A DNA stretch of 64,000 bases from Callorhinchus milii (Eukaryota): positions 64,606,001 through 64,670,000 of the forward strand of contig NW_024704743.1 in assembly GCF_018977255.1 (NCBI RefSeq). Direction: 5' to 3'. How positions within the stretch are numbered: the stretch's first letter is position 1; each line of letters starts with the position of its first letter. Shown piece after piece: positions 1 to 12,400 of the stretch. The translations under genes were made by a program, and so were the position numbers. A model generated the notes under the pieces. The model was not told the DNA's origin. It saw only the letters and a list, made by a program, of their open reading frames with translations, and ran no database searches.

Positions 1-1066
1 CACAAATAATAAAGCAAACTTTGTGAAGCTGGTATAAGACTGTAATTTGCCCAAGCTCTACAGATGGAGAAGCTTTTCAATAGCAAATCATAAGACTGAA
101 AATCCAACAGCCAAATGTTAAAAGAGTGAAATGACTGTGTATTAATAGATTGATAAATAATACAAAATAATCCTTGCATTATAGTTGGGAGGATGTCTCA
201 AATGCTTCACAAGATTTTACTGTAAAGTGTAGTGACTGTATTTTCTAGGCAAACACGGAAATTAAGACAAATTCTGGACTCCTTCTCCAAAAGGCTACAC
301 AACATGATTACCTCACTTAAATATCTCACCATATCCAACAGACTGACACTAGGGGGCAGTAAACAACATGCCTCTTGCTATTTGACCTCAATAAAAAGCA
401 TGATATTCACTCATCCACATCTATCTTTTGCAAGCAAAACAAACTAATCCTGAAGTGCGCAACACTAATGTTAACAATAGCAGAATAAATATATATTGTT
501 TAACACAATGTAAGAGAAATGTATATGCACAGCACCAGCATGTAATGAATAGGAAGATTCTGACAATGAATAGCATTGTCTTGTATTATAGGCTTGGGCT
601 GGTGGATTTTGAGATTTTTTTCGAAAATTATTTACATCTTGCAAGTCTAGTTTTCAAATCTTGAAATATAATCCAACTCCCCCCACACCCACCCCAGCAC
701 AGGTGCCCAGCCAGGATTGACGTATGCTTTGAGACATCCTCATGATGTAGAAGGCACTATGTAAATGTAAAGTGTACCGTAAATTCGATTGTAATGATTG
801 TAACAAGGAGAGTTCCTTTTGATTTAAAAGTTAACATGATATTACAATTTAAGTATATCTAAATTCCACATGTCTGTTCAGAGGTACACTACAGGAAATA
901 TTTAAGGATCAAATGCATTGAATTTCGAAGATATCAGAGGTTAGAACTTTGTTGGCAAGACATCACCAATACACACTGTGCAACATGTGTTTGAGGAACT
1001 GATTTGCTTTTATTTCATGCAATTCCTCTATCATTTGAACAGTTAAATGTAAATGGCTATGTAGGG

Positions 1067-1360
1067 GTCAGCTTGGCTCAGTTGTTAGCACTTTTGCCTC
1101 TAGGTTAGAAGGTTGTGGATTCAAGCTCTACTCTGGGGCTTTTCGCTTACAGTGCATGCTGGCACTACAGTGCAGCATTATAATGATGTATTATTGGAGA
1201 GGTTGTCCTTGTATGAGATTTAAACTGATGTCTGTTTGCTTTCATAAGGATTTCATAACAGCATTCAAAAGAAGAAGGAAATGTTTCCTGCCAACAATCC
1301 TTTGCATACATTGTTCATTCACTTCATGACTGTTTGTGGGCCATTCCTATGCACAAATTG
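1067..1360 (+). mobile_element. Old tRNA-derived DeuSINE (SacSINE1-like), degenerate
   Basis: tRNA-like head GTCAGCTTGGCTCAGTTGTTAGCAC...AGAAGGTTGTGGATTCAAG, then degenerate Deu body (GAGGTTGTCCTTGTATGAGATTTAAAC...) and family tail start (CATTCACTTCATGACTGTTTGTGGG). Confidence 0.65.
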
Positions 1361-2149
1361 AACATTAAACATTAAAGATTCCTTTGCACTCTTCGAAAAA
1401 TAAAGGGAGTTTATCCCATTCTTATCTTATCCCCAAAATAATATTGGTTACTCACTTCATGAGTTGTTTGTGAGACGTTGCTGTGTTCAAATTCACTGCT
1501 GGTTGACCAACAAAAATACACAGTCATTACACTTTATAGTTTATCCTGTGAAGCACTTCAAGACGACCTCCCAACATGAAAGACTTCATATCAAATGCAA
1601 GAATTATTATTTTTGTTGTTTTGATGTTATAGGTGCTCTGTTAAATGCATGATTATATTATCTAATTCTACAAAGAGAAATAAACGGAGCACAGATTCAG
1701 ACGGATGAAGAAATGTGTCTTTTGATCAGGACCTAACTTTATTTTATGTCCCAATTTTTGTTGAATGCTGAGGAGAAGTAGAATACCATTTGGCAGAGCC
1801 ACTAACTTTTTAATAAATTAGATGAGTCTCATCTCTGTCTCAGAAACTGAACAGTTCAATTTGGAGTTGATTTGACTGGAAGATAAAATATAAACTAAAG
1901 CATTCTTCATATTTTAGAAATCCAATGACACAATTTTTCTTTCTTTTCTTCTAACCAGATATTTTTGCAAACATTACTTGGGGATCAGTTGTTCCACATT
2001 CCACTGATCTGAGTAGAATCAATTTTCTTCCACTTTGTTTCCTTTTGTTTGTAACTTTCAATCTGCAAATATATTAGAAAACAATGGATGCAGAAGAGGT
2101 CATATGGCCCAATAAGCTTGCTTGCTCCATAGAGCATACAACGATTAAA

Positions 2150-2640
2150 AAAAACTTGCTTTACGTAATGCCCTTCACATAGGGTGACATCTCCCCTTCA
2201 CATGGTCAGGTTGAACACCAAGCAAGAGAGAGAAGAAAGGGGAGATGGCCATAGGATCATTGGAAGAGTTAAGATTTTTATTGTGACTTAAAGACAGAAA
2301 GAGAAGGGCAAAATGGAGGCTTGAGGGATGGAGTTCCAGAGATTAAGAGCATAGGAACTGAAGCAACAGATGGTGGGAAAGGAGAGAGTGGAAATGTGCA
2401 GCAAATCCAAGTTAATTAAGTGGAGGGGACGAGCGGAGGGTAGGGTAGAAGATCAGAGACATAAGAATGTGTCAGAAATGGATAGATTTGTAGGTGAGAA
2501 TAAGAACCTTGAAATCAATCCACTGAGACAGGGAAGTAATGAAGACTGGGGTGATGGGCATGTGGGGTTTGTTCTAGGTGACGGTGCAGGCAATAGAGCT
2601 TTGGATGAGTTGCAGCTCATAAATGGCAGAGCTGGAGGAC
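2150..2640 (-). mobile_element. Old L2 LINE 3' fragment
   Basis: Purine-rich + strand with L2 motifs (GGGATGGAGTTCCAGAG, GATGAGTTGCAGC) also seen in younger L2 copies in this window. Confidence 0.55.
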
Positions 2641-3239
2641 ACCACAAACACTTAGCCTATTGTTGATTCCATCTGACTGACTGTATCTCCTGGGGACAAT
2701 TCTGAACTAGATATTCCATTATCCCCAAAGGCAATCAAGCTTAAACTCTAGAATATTTGCCTACAGAAATGCACAGTCACTCTATTTTAGTAAAAGGAAT
2801 CCTTTGAAATGCTGCGAGACATCCTGCCTGACATGAAAAGTGCAGATTTAAATGCAATAATTATTATTTGTGCACTCCCTACACACTGGGCTTTTTTGAT
2901 CCACAGACAAAATGTCACCTATTCCTTTCACCACTACAGCCACCCACAGCATGAGAAGCCATTAAACTACTTGGGGTATTTATTCTGCTTAGTGTTCATT
3001 GAGTCTTGGGAAAATGTTATTCCTAAGAGATATTTACCCAGATCTTTTTTATACAAAATGGAATTGGCACAATATTAAGTGCTTCTGTTAGGAGGCTTGA
3101 TGGGAATCAATCCTCCTAAGTTTTATTCTTGGTTGAGGCCTTTGAATTAATAATTTTCAACCTAAAACTCTTAAATCTCTTAAATTCTTAACATTCTTAA
3201 ATTGACTCTCAGGTTCAAGAACAGGTTGTGTTCCCTTCA

Positions 3240-3715
3240 GTCTTCTTTACCCTAAGGAAAACAAATTTATCTGTACAAGCCTCTCTTCATATCCTAGAAC
3301 TCCTAATCTCAGAATCATTCTTGTTACTCTTCTCTGCATTGACTCAATGCATTTTGACCATAGGGTGCCCAAAAGTTTTGGGACATTACAATGTTATAGG
3401 TGCTATATTAAATACAAAAACTGAATATCTCCAACAAACTTTTCAAGGTTAGAAACAATTACTTTTAACTTTCAGCAAAGAGCTGCAACTTAAAATTTCT
3501 GAGCACCATGAAATTCAGCACAGAAACAGGTCATTTGGTTTAATGTGCTTATACTATGCTGGTTCTCCCCTCTTGAGCTTTCTACTCAAATGCCACTTCT
3601 CTAGCTTCCCCTCTAGCCTTTTATATCAGCATTCTTCGGGTGTTTAAGTAATTCTTTTTTAATGTTGTAATTTAGTCAGCTTCAATGGCCATTTATTGCC
3701 ATACCTTCTATACCA
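3240..3715 (-). mobile_element. Degenerate CR1 LINE fragments
   Basis: CAGCACAGAAACAGGTCATTTGG and GACCATAGGGTGCCCAAAA resemble reverse-complemented CR1 3' end and ORF2 motifs. Confidence 0.4.
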
Positions 3716-3861
3716 CAATTGCCCTATTTGTGAAATAATTTTGAAACCCCATTTTCATTACATTGAGATTAGAAGACTCTAATACTCTCCAACAAAACTT
3801 CACTTCCATGACCTCCAACTCCTACAGACCTTTGCAACTTTGTTATCTCTCTCACCAGGCA

Positions 3862-4139
3862 CCACACAGCATCACCCCCATCCTCACCAGGCTCCATCCA
3901 CACAGCATCACCCCCATCCTCACCAGGCTCCATCCACACAGCATCACCCCCATCCTCACCAGGCTCCATCCACACAGCATCACCCCCATCCTCACCAGGC
4001 TCCATCCACACAGCATCACCCCCATCCTCACCAGGCTCCATCCACACAGCATCACCCCCATCCTCACCAGGCTCCATCCACACAGCATCACCCCCATCCT
4101 CACCAGGCTCCATCCACACAGCATCACCCCCATCCTCAC
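3862..4139 (+). repeat. Perfect 36-bp minisatellite, about 7.7 copies, inside an L2 relic
   Basis: Unit CCACACAGCATCACCCCCATCCTCACCAGGCTCCAT starts at 3862, 3898 ... 4114; one frame reads HSITPILTRLHP, like the L2 ORF2 C-terminal HITPxLxxLHWLP motif. Confidence 0.95.
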
Positions 4140-4949
4140 TGGGCTTTACTAGCCCCTTGGTTCCCTATGTATCTCTTTCAATGTCCTTCAAATTCCTTCA
4201 CCATCATCTACCTTTTCAATCTCCCAAAGTCCCATTCTCCTTCTTGTACCCCCTGGTCTTCTTCTCCATGGTTATCCTCTCTCTCAGCATCAGCGACTGA
4301 ACCTTTATCCATTATGTCTCTGGTCTCTGAAACTATCCCCAAAATCGTTGTGCCTTCTCACCTGACGTTTAGAAAAACCTCTTTTGATTTCTTCAAAATT
4401 CTCACATAAGGAACATTATCAAATGCCTTCGAACTTCAAGATTCGGATATGCCTCATTCATCAGTTAGTCACACAGTTAGTTGCTTCTTCATAAATCGTC
4501 TGCACATTTTTGAGGCAGGACCAATTGGCTGTAAATCAGTAGTTCCTGTCTATTGTAAAATGTTTGTTATAGAGTTTGTACTGTGTAGAAAGGAGATTCT
4601 CTAAATTGTTAATTGGTCAATCAATATTGGTGAGGAGGTGTATCTTTACACTGGTCGGTGCATTTCCCAACAATTCATGACCAACCCACAGGAGAGCATT
4701 TAAAGTAACCTACACGAGATTGTCCAGCATTTCCCACTGCAGAGGTCCCACTGACACTGCCTGGTCTCTGCTCCTCGGGCTCATTGCTCACTTGGTGAAT
4801 ACAGCGCAATATGCGCCTCATTTCAGTCCTCGGGTAAAGCTGCAGCGAACGGACCTCGTTTGTTTTAAATATTTTAAATGATTTCCAACTGTATTTTAGA
4901 TGAGCTTTGCGCCTCTTTGCAGAAGTGCTGCAATGAGAGAGAGAGCTTG

Positions 4950-5471
4950 AGCTGCAGTGGCAGAGCGGTCCAGGCTGCTCAAACACTGACCGTATGTGCA
5001 ATTCAAGCTCCTGGTGTCTGACTGCCCTCTGGCTCTGATCCAGTTTGCTTTTCATATTAGACCCCAGACCTGTACAGAAACCGAGCGGGACAAGTCCTCG
5101 GATTGCACACCAACCAGTTATTATTTTCTGAATGAATTCGCCTGCAGTTTGGGTGAAGTCGGGGTGTTGACAGTGAGGGAACAGACTCAGAGCACACAGA
5201 TGTCCCCCTGGACCGTCTCTTTCTGCATCAGCTGCTTGTTTGGGGTGGATGTAGATCAGGTCGGAGTTGCACGATTCCGGCTTCAGCGGCATTCTTCCTC
5301 CCTGTGAATGTGAAGCCACATCCGTCCAGATCTGGAGAGGAAAGCAGGAAAGCGAAGCAACGTCGCCAAGTTGCAGCGGCTCTCAACACAGCCGCCACTC
5401 TTCAAATGTCCGGCAGTGTCGGGTTTGCTGAGCTGCAGCCCTGGGACACAACCATGGGGGAGATCAGGCAG
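4950..5471 (+). other. VWC2: Putative non-coding exon 1 of VWC2 (5' end unknown; start is a guess)
   Basis: Donor GGCAG|GTGAGA at 5471; mammalian VWC2 has an untranslated first exon; the TSS cannot be seen from sequence. Confidence 0.4.
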
Positions 5472-5793
5472 GTGAGAGCCTCTGGCTGACCTGGGTCCCC
5501 AGCACAGTGTCAGGCCATTCCCTGGCTGTCAACCTGCAGCTCCAGCGTCTGCATCCACACCTCCCGACTCCCCTTTATTTTGCTTTATTTAAACTTTTAG
5601 CTGCCGCTGGGGCTGTTATTGTGTGGGCTTCTGGAGCGAGTGGACAGTGATCCAGGGCACCAGCCAGTGCTGGTCAGTGCAGGCGGGGATCACACTACAG
5701 CGTTGCATAAAATATTGGAGCCTTTTTTTTAAAAAAATTTTTTTTGTGGAGATCGGCTGCAAGGGGGGAGAGGCTGAGTTACCATGATTTGTG

Positions 5794-5845
5794 AGGAGGG
5801 GGTCTGGGGTGGGGGTGCGGGGGGGGGGGGGGGGGGGTGGGGGTG
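5794..5845 (+). repeat. G-rich tract / poly-G (G-quadruplex potential)
   Basis: Several runs of 4 or more G, including one long homopolymer. Confidence 0.8.
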
Positions 5846-5934
5846 ATCCTTGCTCAGGTTGGATTAAACTTGCACTGGGAAGCGGTGTGAGGTGCTGGGC
5901 TCCAGCTCCAGGAGCTGTTGGGTGGCTGTCAGGG

Positions 5935-5954
5935 GTGTGTGTGTGTGTGTGTGT
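5935..5954 (+). repeat. (GT)n microsatellite
   Basis: About ten GT units. Confidence 0.9.
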
Positions 5955-7068
5955 GGAGATGGATTTGCGAGCTGCAAAACGCCACGACCCACTGCGCTTT
6001 ATGCCTGACATTAATTTCCCAGCATATGGAGCCCTTTTAATAAATCCCTCTATTAAATGTTATGGGTGTAGTAACAGCCTCGATAATAGCTGCGATGTAT
6101 TTGGTATTATTGCACTCAGGTCTGCTTTTTTCTTTAAAAAAAATGTTATCAATGCTAAAATCGCCTGTTTGGGGTACAATATTGTCAGTAAAGACTGGAG
6201 AAAGGGACTGTGTCGTTAAAAACAGATGTGATGAACATGATCACTAAAGCATATGGGAAACGACCATTTCACATCTAACAAAAATGCCTTTATGTGGCAA
6301 TTTTCAGTGACTCCACACTTCCTCGTCCTAAAGTTTAAGGCTTGGTGGTGTTGGCTTTAAGTTTAAGCGATTGCTGTGTGCAATAATCCATCTGTGTTTA
6401 ATTTCGAAGCTTGTATTTTATTTTATTTTATTTTATTTTATTCCTCCTCCCCCCCCCTCCCCAGATCAGCTAAGGAACTTTCCCACCATGATCTACATTT
6501 GTTCAAAATTGTGCTTCAGAAATGTGTAGGGACATCCAATTTGGTAGATGTCACTATTTATTGTATTAAACAAGTAAGAGGTTAGTGATCAAGTGAAATG
6601 ACTTGCCTGGGTTTTACAGGATCTAACCTGATTTAAAATCTCTCTTTACCCAGGCATTCCTTTTGAAACCATTTTTTAAAGCCTTCAAAACAAGAGTGTT
6701 GACACCTTTAAATGTTAAAGGAGCCTCGGCAGTGAACTGTATCAGAGAGTTTTCAAGGTTAGGCTGGGTTCTTGGAACCAGTCAAAAACTAACCCACTTC
6801 AACATTCAGCTGAAGCTCTGACATACATACATGTGGGCAGTTTCGGTTCAGATTGCAGCAGGCATGACTGCTGCAGTGCCAGTGCAGCACATGCAATGTG
6901 ATTTTTGTTTTGTTTGTTATTTTAATATTACAGATGTGTTTTGGGCACACAGAGGTTGATTATGTCTCCATGTGTAGGGGGGCTGCATGGACATCTCAGC
7001 CTGGTTTGGGCTGACAGTGACTGTGCTGTTTTTGTCCTAGTTGGAGATGCTGTGGCTGTGAGGAATGA

Positions 7069-7572
<504 letters not shown>

Positions 7573-9639
7573 TAATCTACCCATTTCCTTTCTTCTCTCC
7601 CTTTAATATAATAAGAAGCTTTATCTATTCTCTTGCCAAAATGCCTCTCTTGCCTTTTTTCCCCCCTCCTTCCCTCACTTCCTCTTTTCTTTCCACAACA
7701 GTTACCCTGCCTTCCATCTTTTATTTATTTCTTGTCATTTTGTTTATTCCCTTAATGCTAATTTATTCTGAAGCAGTGCTGGACATGTGCTGCGAGCACC
7801 TATTAGAGATAGCCAAGTCAATTGCTTCACACCGACTCTGCAACAGGTCCTTGTGTAGTAAGAAGCATAAAAAGCATCTCAGAGAATTCAGTGTACTGGG
7901 CAGATAGATTGACTTTCTGAACTCGCCGCAGTAACAGGGATTAAATGAAATCTGTTTACTAATTACCAAGGTGCTTATTCAGACTTTGCTAATGGTTTGT
8001 CGCTGTATTTCGTAAGCGAAATGTATTGTTTTAATTATTATTTTAATATGCTCTTCAGTTAGTTTTCCTTATGTTTAAGTTGCTGTTATACGTGTTTTTT
8101 CATACTTTGTATTTGGATGAATGTAACTTTTTCAGATGTTATATTGTATTATGTTATTGAAAAGCACATACCACTTCCCAAGTCTCTAGCTGATGATACC
8201 AGCTCTAGTATAAAATAATGATAATCCTGATATTTAATAATGCGCTTTTCACATCAGGAGGATATCCCAAAGCACTTCACAGGATACTTCACATTTAACT
8301 TTGATGCTGTGATGGGAGTGATGATAGGTTGGGTGTTCTGGGAGGATGAGATCAGATGGGCCAAAGGCTGTTCAACAACAATTACTTGCATTGATATAAC
8401 GCCCTTCAGAGTTTCTTCATCCATATCAATCTTGTAACCTCCACTAATGCCAGCACTGCTTTGGTCTGTCAGACTAGACTATGTGAGTTCACATTTCCAA
8501 TGTTGTGCTTGAACCCACAACCTACTAACTCAGAGATGAAAATGCTTCCAACTCAGCAAGGCTGCTGTATGACTGCAAGTTGCAACAACAACAAAATTAC
8601 ATTTGTATAGCGCCTTTCACGTCAGGAAGATGTCCCAAGGCGCTGAACAACGTGCAAACTTGTTAGAATTTTGCTCCAGCTCAGGAGGAGAATTTTATGT
8701 TCCTCAAGCAAATCCTCAGAGATATTTTCCTTCTCTGGCCAAGGAAACAAACTGCTGTAAGATTGTTCCACAAAGATTTGACTTATTTTGTAGCATTGCC
8801 ATCAGATGTGGAAAATTTCACTTAAATCTGCTTTAAGTTGCTTTAGAACTTTGCAATATTTTTAGTGTACTACTGTACTAAAAATCTGAGTTCAAATCAA
8901 TTTGTTACAGTCCGGGTATTCAGAGCAAAATGAAATCACTTCAACTGCAAGAGAACTTAAACAGTTTAAATAAATTTTCACATCCTCTTTGAATCCAAAG
9001 TGACAGTGATGTGTCACATTGTCGCTGTCTAGTCTATGTGCTTATCCCTAGTCAGGAGTGACACCAACAGGAGCAACATTAAATCATTTTCATTTTATTC
9101 CTTTAATGTTCATAACATTTCACGAGAATTTTTATTTTAAAAGTGCTCTGTCTCCCAAGTGTGCACTGGATTCACCCACAGTCACAAGAATGCCTCCAAT
9201 ACTGTACTTTATGGTTATCCTTTTTACTTTCAGTTTGGCAGAGTGAATAAGTGAATTGTGTGGTGTGGTGGTAGCTTCTGCCAAATGTACCATTTTCTGT
9301 TGTGAAGATGAAGTTGTTAGTGAGGAATACTGAATGGCTTTGCTCACTATCAGAAAATATTGGACCTGAATTTAATGGGTTAAAGTTTGTGACATTTCAT
9401 AGCACTTTCTTTAATTTAACACTGGCCAAACCAATGGGGGAGGAGTCCCCTTTTCAAAAAGAAATCCTACACTGGACCCTCCATATTCCAGCTGTCACCC
9501 CATCTCCAAGCTACTCTTCCACTACAAAATACTGGGAAGAGTTGTTGCCTTCCTGCTCTGTTCATTCCTGTCTCCTATTTTCCTGTATGAGTTCCTCTAA
9601 CCTGCCTTCTGCCTCACCTACAGCACCAGACAGTAACAA

Positions 9640-10720
9640 AAACTGTTTGCAACCAGGGCACCTGTGGGTGCTTGTTCTCCTTGATCTCCTTGCTGCTTTT
9701 GACATTGCATTATTCTCTACCGTTTTCCTACCTGATTAATCTCTGAGGCTCTGCACTCTCCTGGATTTATTACTGCCTATTCCTAACCCTTCATTTTGTC
9801 TCATCCAGTAGCTTCTCCTCCTCCGCCTGCACAGTCACATACTTTCCTAGGGCTTTATCCTCCGTCCTCTCCTTTCACCTACATGCCCACTACCACTCCC
9901 CATTGACATCATTCACAGGTATAGAGTCATCTATACCCAAATCTACGTTCCTGACTCTACCCTTGACTTCTGGTGGATTGCTGTTCTGCTGGATTGCCTG
10001 CTAGATGTGTTGTGTGCTAGATGTGTTGTGACTTTCTCCAGCTCAATATTGCTCAAATTGAAGTTATTGTGCTTAGATCCTCACTTCAGGCGCTAAATGT
10101 ATCAAGCTCCTCAGGTGCTCACTTCAACTCATGGGGCCTGTGCAGAACCTTCATGTTTTGGTGACCATCAACTCTCCTTCAACCTCTCACCAAGACTGAC
10201 CATGTTCATGTTTTTCACCATGTTCCACAACATAACTCATTTCCACTACAACCTCACCTCTACTCAGCCGAAACCCTCATCCACGCCTTTGTCATGTCCA
10301 GGTTCAATTTTTCCAATGCCCTCCTCACTAATCTCCCCATTTCTACTTTCCACAAATCCAGACCATCCAGAAATCCACTGCCAGCCCATAGCCTCTCTTG
10401 CACTAGATTCCATAAATCCAGCACTTCTCACCTGGATCAATGTCAAAATCTCATCCTCACCTTCATATACCTTCACTGTTTTGCACCAGTGTATCTTTGG
10501 GATCTCCTGTGACCCTACTCTCATGGCCACTCCCTCTGTTTTGCCAACTCCAGTTTTCTTTGGCATTGTCTGCACTGCTCCATCAATGGCTAATGAGTTA
10601 TTAACCTCTTTGTCCCATCCTCTACACCTCTCTGGGACTCTCCTGAAATCTCTCTGCCTTACCCCTTCCCTCTTTTGCTTCCAAATCCCACCTGAAGGAG
10701 TTTTGTTTTTTTCTCCATTT
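9640..10720 (+). mobile_element. Old L2 LINE ORF2 (RT to 3' end) relic
   Basis: Reads VLVLLDLLAAFD (RT motif LLDLSAAFD) and later AETLIHAFVMSRFNFSNALL; many frameshifts. Confidence 0.8.
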
Positions 10721-11234
10721 TTCTGGACAACATCCACTCAGACTCAATTAATTTGTCTGCCAAGAATCAGACACTCATCTGCCTCAGTCTACCTAATATC
10801 GGTTTAGAATCTGTCCCATCTGAACAGAACTCCCCATCAATGTAAATGGTGAACTTTGCCATACTGGGTGTCAGAATCCTCCATTGGGTTGGAAGTGGGC
10901 TGAGATGGTCAGAGTGAAGCTCCAAACAGGTGCCATTCTTTTTAATTGGCAGCTGCCATAAGGTGCTTTTCTCCTTGAGATTAATGAACAAACCATCCTT
11001 GGCGTTGTGACACATCTGACTTGGAACTTGGATACTGATTGTTGTCTTATTGTTAAACTATGTCTCCTATGAATATCTCCTCAGTTGCTGGCATGAAATA
11101 GGCAATTAAGTCTAAGTGATGTATTGTCACAACTGACAGATAGTGCTCTTATGTGAGTGTCTCCATTTTGGTTAATTGTCAATTAGTACCTTTTATAACA
11201 ACTTGTTTTTTAACCTTTTGCTTGGTTACAATAC

Positions 11235-11432
11235 ATTACAATTTACATTTATGTAGAGAGGATGTGTCAAAGTGTTTGAGATTGCTCTCCAGGCATGGGA
11301 GCCAAACGGGATGGGGAGGGGAAAGATGACTGAAAGTGCAGTCAAAAAGCCGGATCATGAGCCAGACCTTGAACCAGAGGAGTGTGAAAGGAAATGAGGA
11401 AGTTGGATGGAGTTCCAGAGAGTGGAGCTGGG
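11235..11432 (-). mobile_element. L2 3' end fragment
   Basis: ACAATTTACATTTAT tail, then purine-rich L2 3' UTR and GGATGGAGTTCCAGAG. Confidence 0.55.
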
Positions 11433-11924
11433 AAGTGAGTGACAATTTTATTTGGGGGGGTTTCTTGGACAGGACACTGGGAATTGAGCGGAGAGGGGGT
11501 GATTCCTTTTGATCAGCCGGGTGTCTGACACAAGGGGAAACCCATCACCATCTTAAGAATATCCAAACCAAGCTAAGAATTCCATGCATCCCACCTACAC
11601 ATGGAAATCCCAGAGGGAGATTGTTGGAATGGAATGCACACGCTCCCCCTGGAGGGACGCATTCTGCTTACTCAATTCTGGAAAGTATGAGGCACAGTTT
11701 AGCAAGAGTCAAGGTTGGGAAGTTGGGAGTAATATTTTGAAGATAGAATGACTGCAATCCCTACCCAGAATGTCTAGCAAATCACAAGCTCTGGTAGCTG
11801 ATCACCCCCACCCTCACCCGACTCCACTGGCCCCCTCCATCTCCCAATGTCCTAACCTTTAAATCCCTCCCCCCCCCTCTATCATGCTCATGTCGCAGAA
11901 TGAAACTGTTTTTTATATTAATCC

Positions 11925-12400
11925 AGCATCCTGATCTCTTCTTGGAAACCTGTTCCAGTTGTTAACCACCCATTGGTTAAAGATATACTTCCTGTTATCT
12001 GTCCTGAAATTGCCCTTTGTAACCCTAAACCTGTGTCCTCTTGTTCTGCTGCCTTGGTGCATTGAAAGTACTCGTATCGTTCTAGGCATACTTTCACAAT
12101 CCCATTTAAAATTTTGTAAAGGTTGCTTCACGAATGTCTTGTTACAAGGCTAACCAAGCCCTTTCATGCCTAATTGTTACTCAAAGGATATGAATAACAG
12201 CTTATTCCTCAAGCACCAGTGATCAGTGATCCTCAAGCACTCATTGCTCTCCTTTGCACTAGGACCTGTGCAACTCTCTTATGTTGCAGCAACCAGTAAC
12301 CTTGGTGTAGCCTGACCAAGACACTATTCCATTTTGAACTCAACTGATTTGACAATATAGCCCTTCATAGTTTGCCTTGTTTATTGCTGTGTCACACTGT
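11925..12400 (-). mobile_element. CR1 LINE 3' ORF2 fragment
   Basis: Minus-strand ORF reads RTRGHRFRVTKGNFRTDNRKYIFNQWVVNNWNRFP, the CR1 TRGH...FSQRVVN.WN.LP signature. Confidence 0.8.

Larger units (their letters stand above)
4730..6010 (+). promoter_or_regulatory. GC/CpG-enriched, repeat-free putative promoter and first-exon region of VWC2
   Basis: Visibly more CpG and GC than flanks, no retroposons, 1-2.3 kb upstream of the start codon, donor-like CAG|GTGAGA at 5471/5472. Confidence 0.6.

Noticed and set aside
3763..4409. Four repetitive ORFs (95-189 aa), and a superficial CRISPR-like periodicity
   Set aside because: All arise from a stop-free 36-bp tandem repeat; there are no unique spacers and the context is eukaryotic
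4675..5319. 214-aa minus-strand ORF over the promoter
   Set aside because: No recognisable domain; long frames are expected in GC-rich DNA; an antisense transcript cannot be excluded
10097..10807. 236-aa and 157-aa ORFs
   Set aside because: Off-frame or antisense readings of a decayed L2
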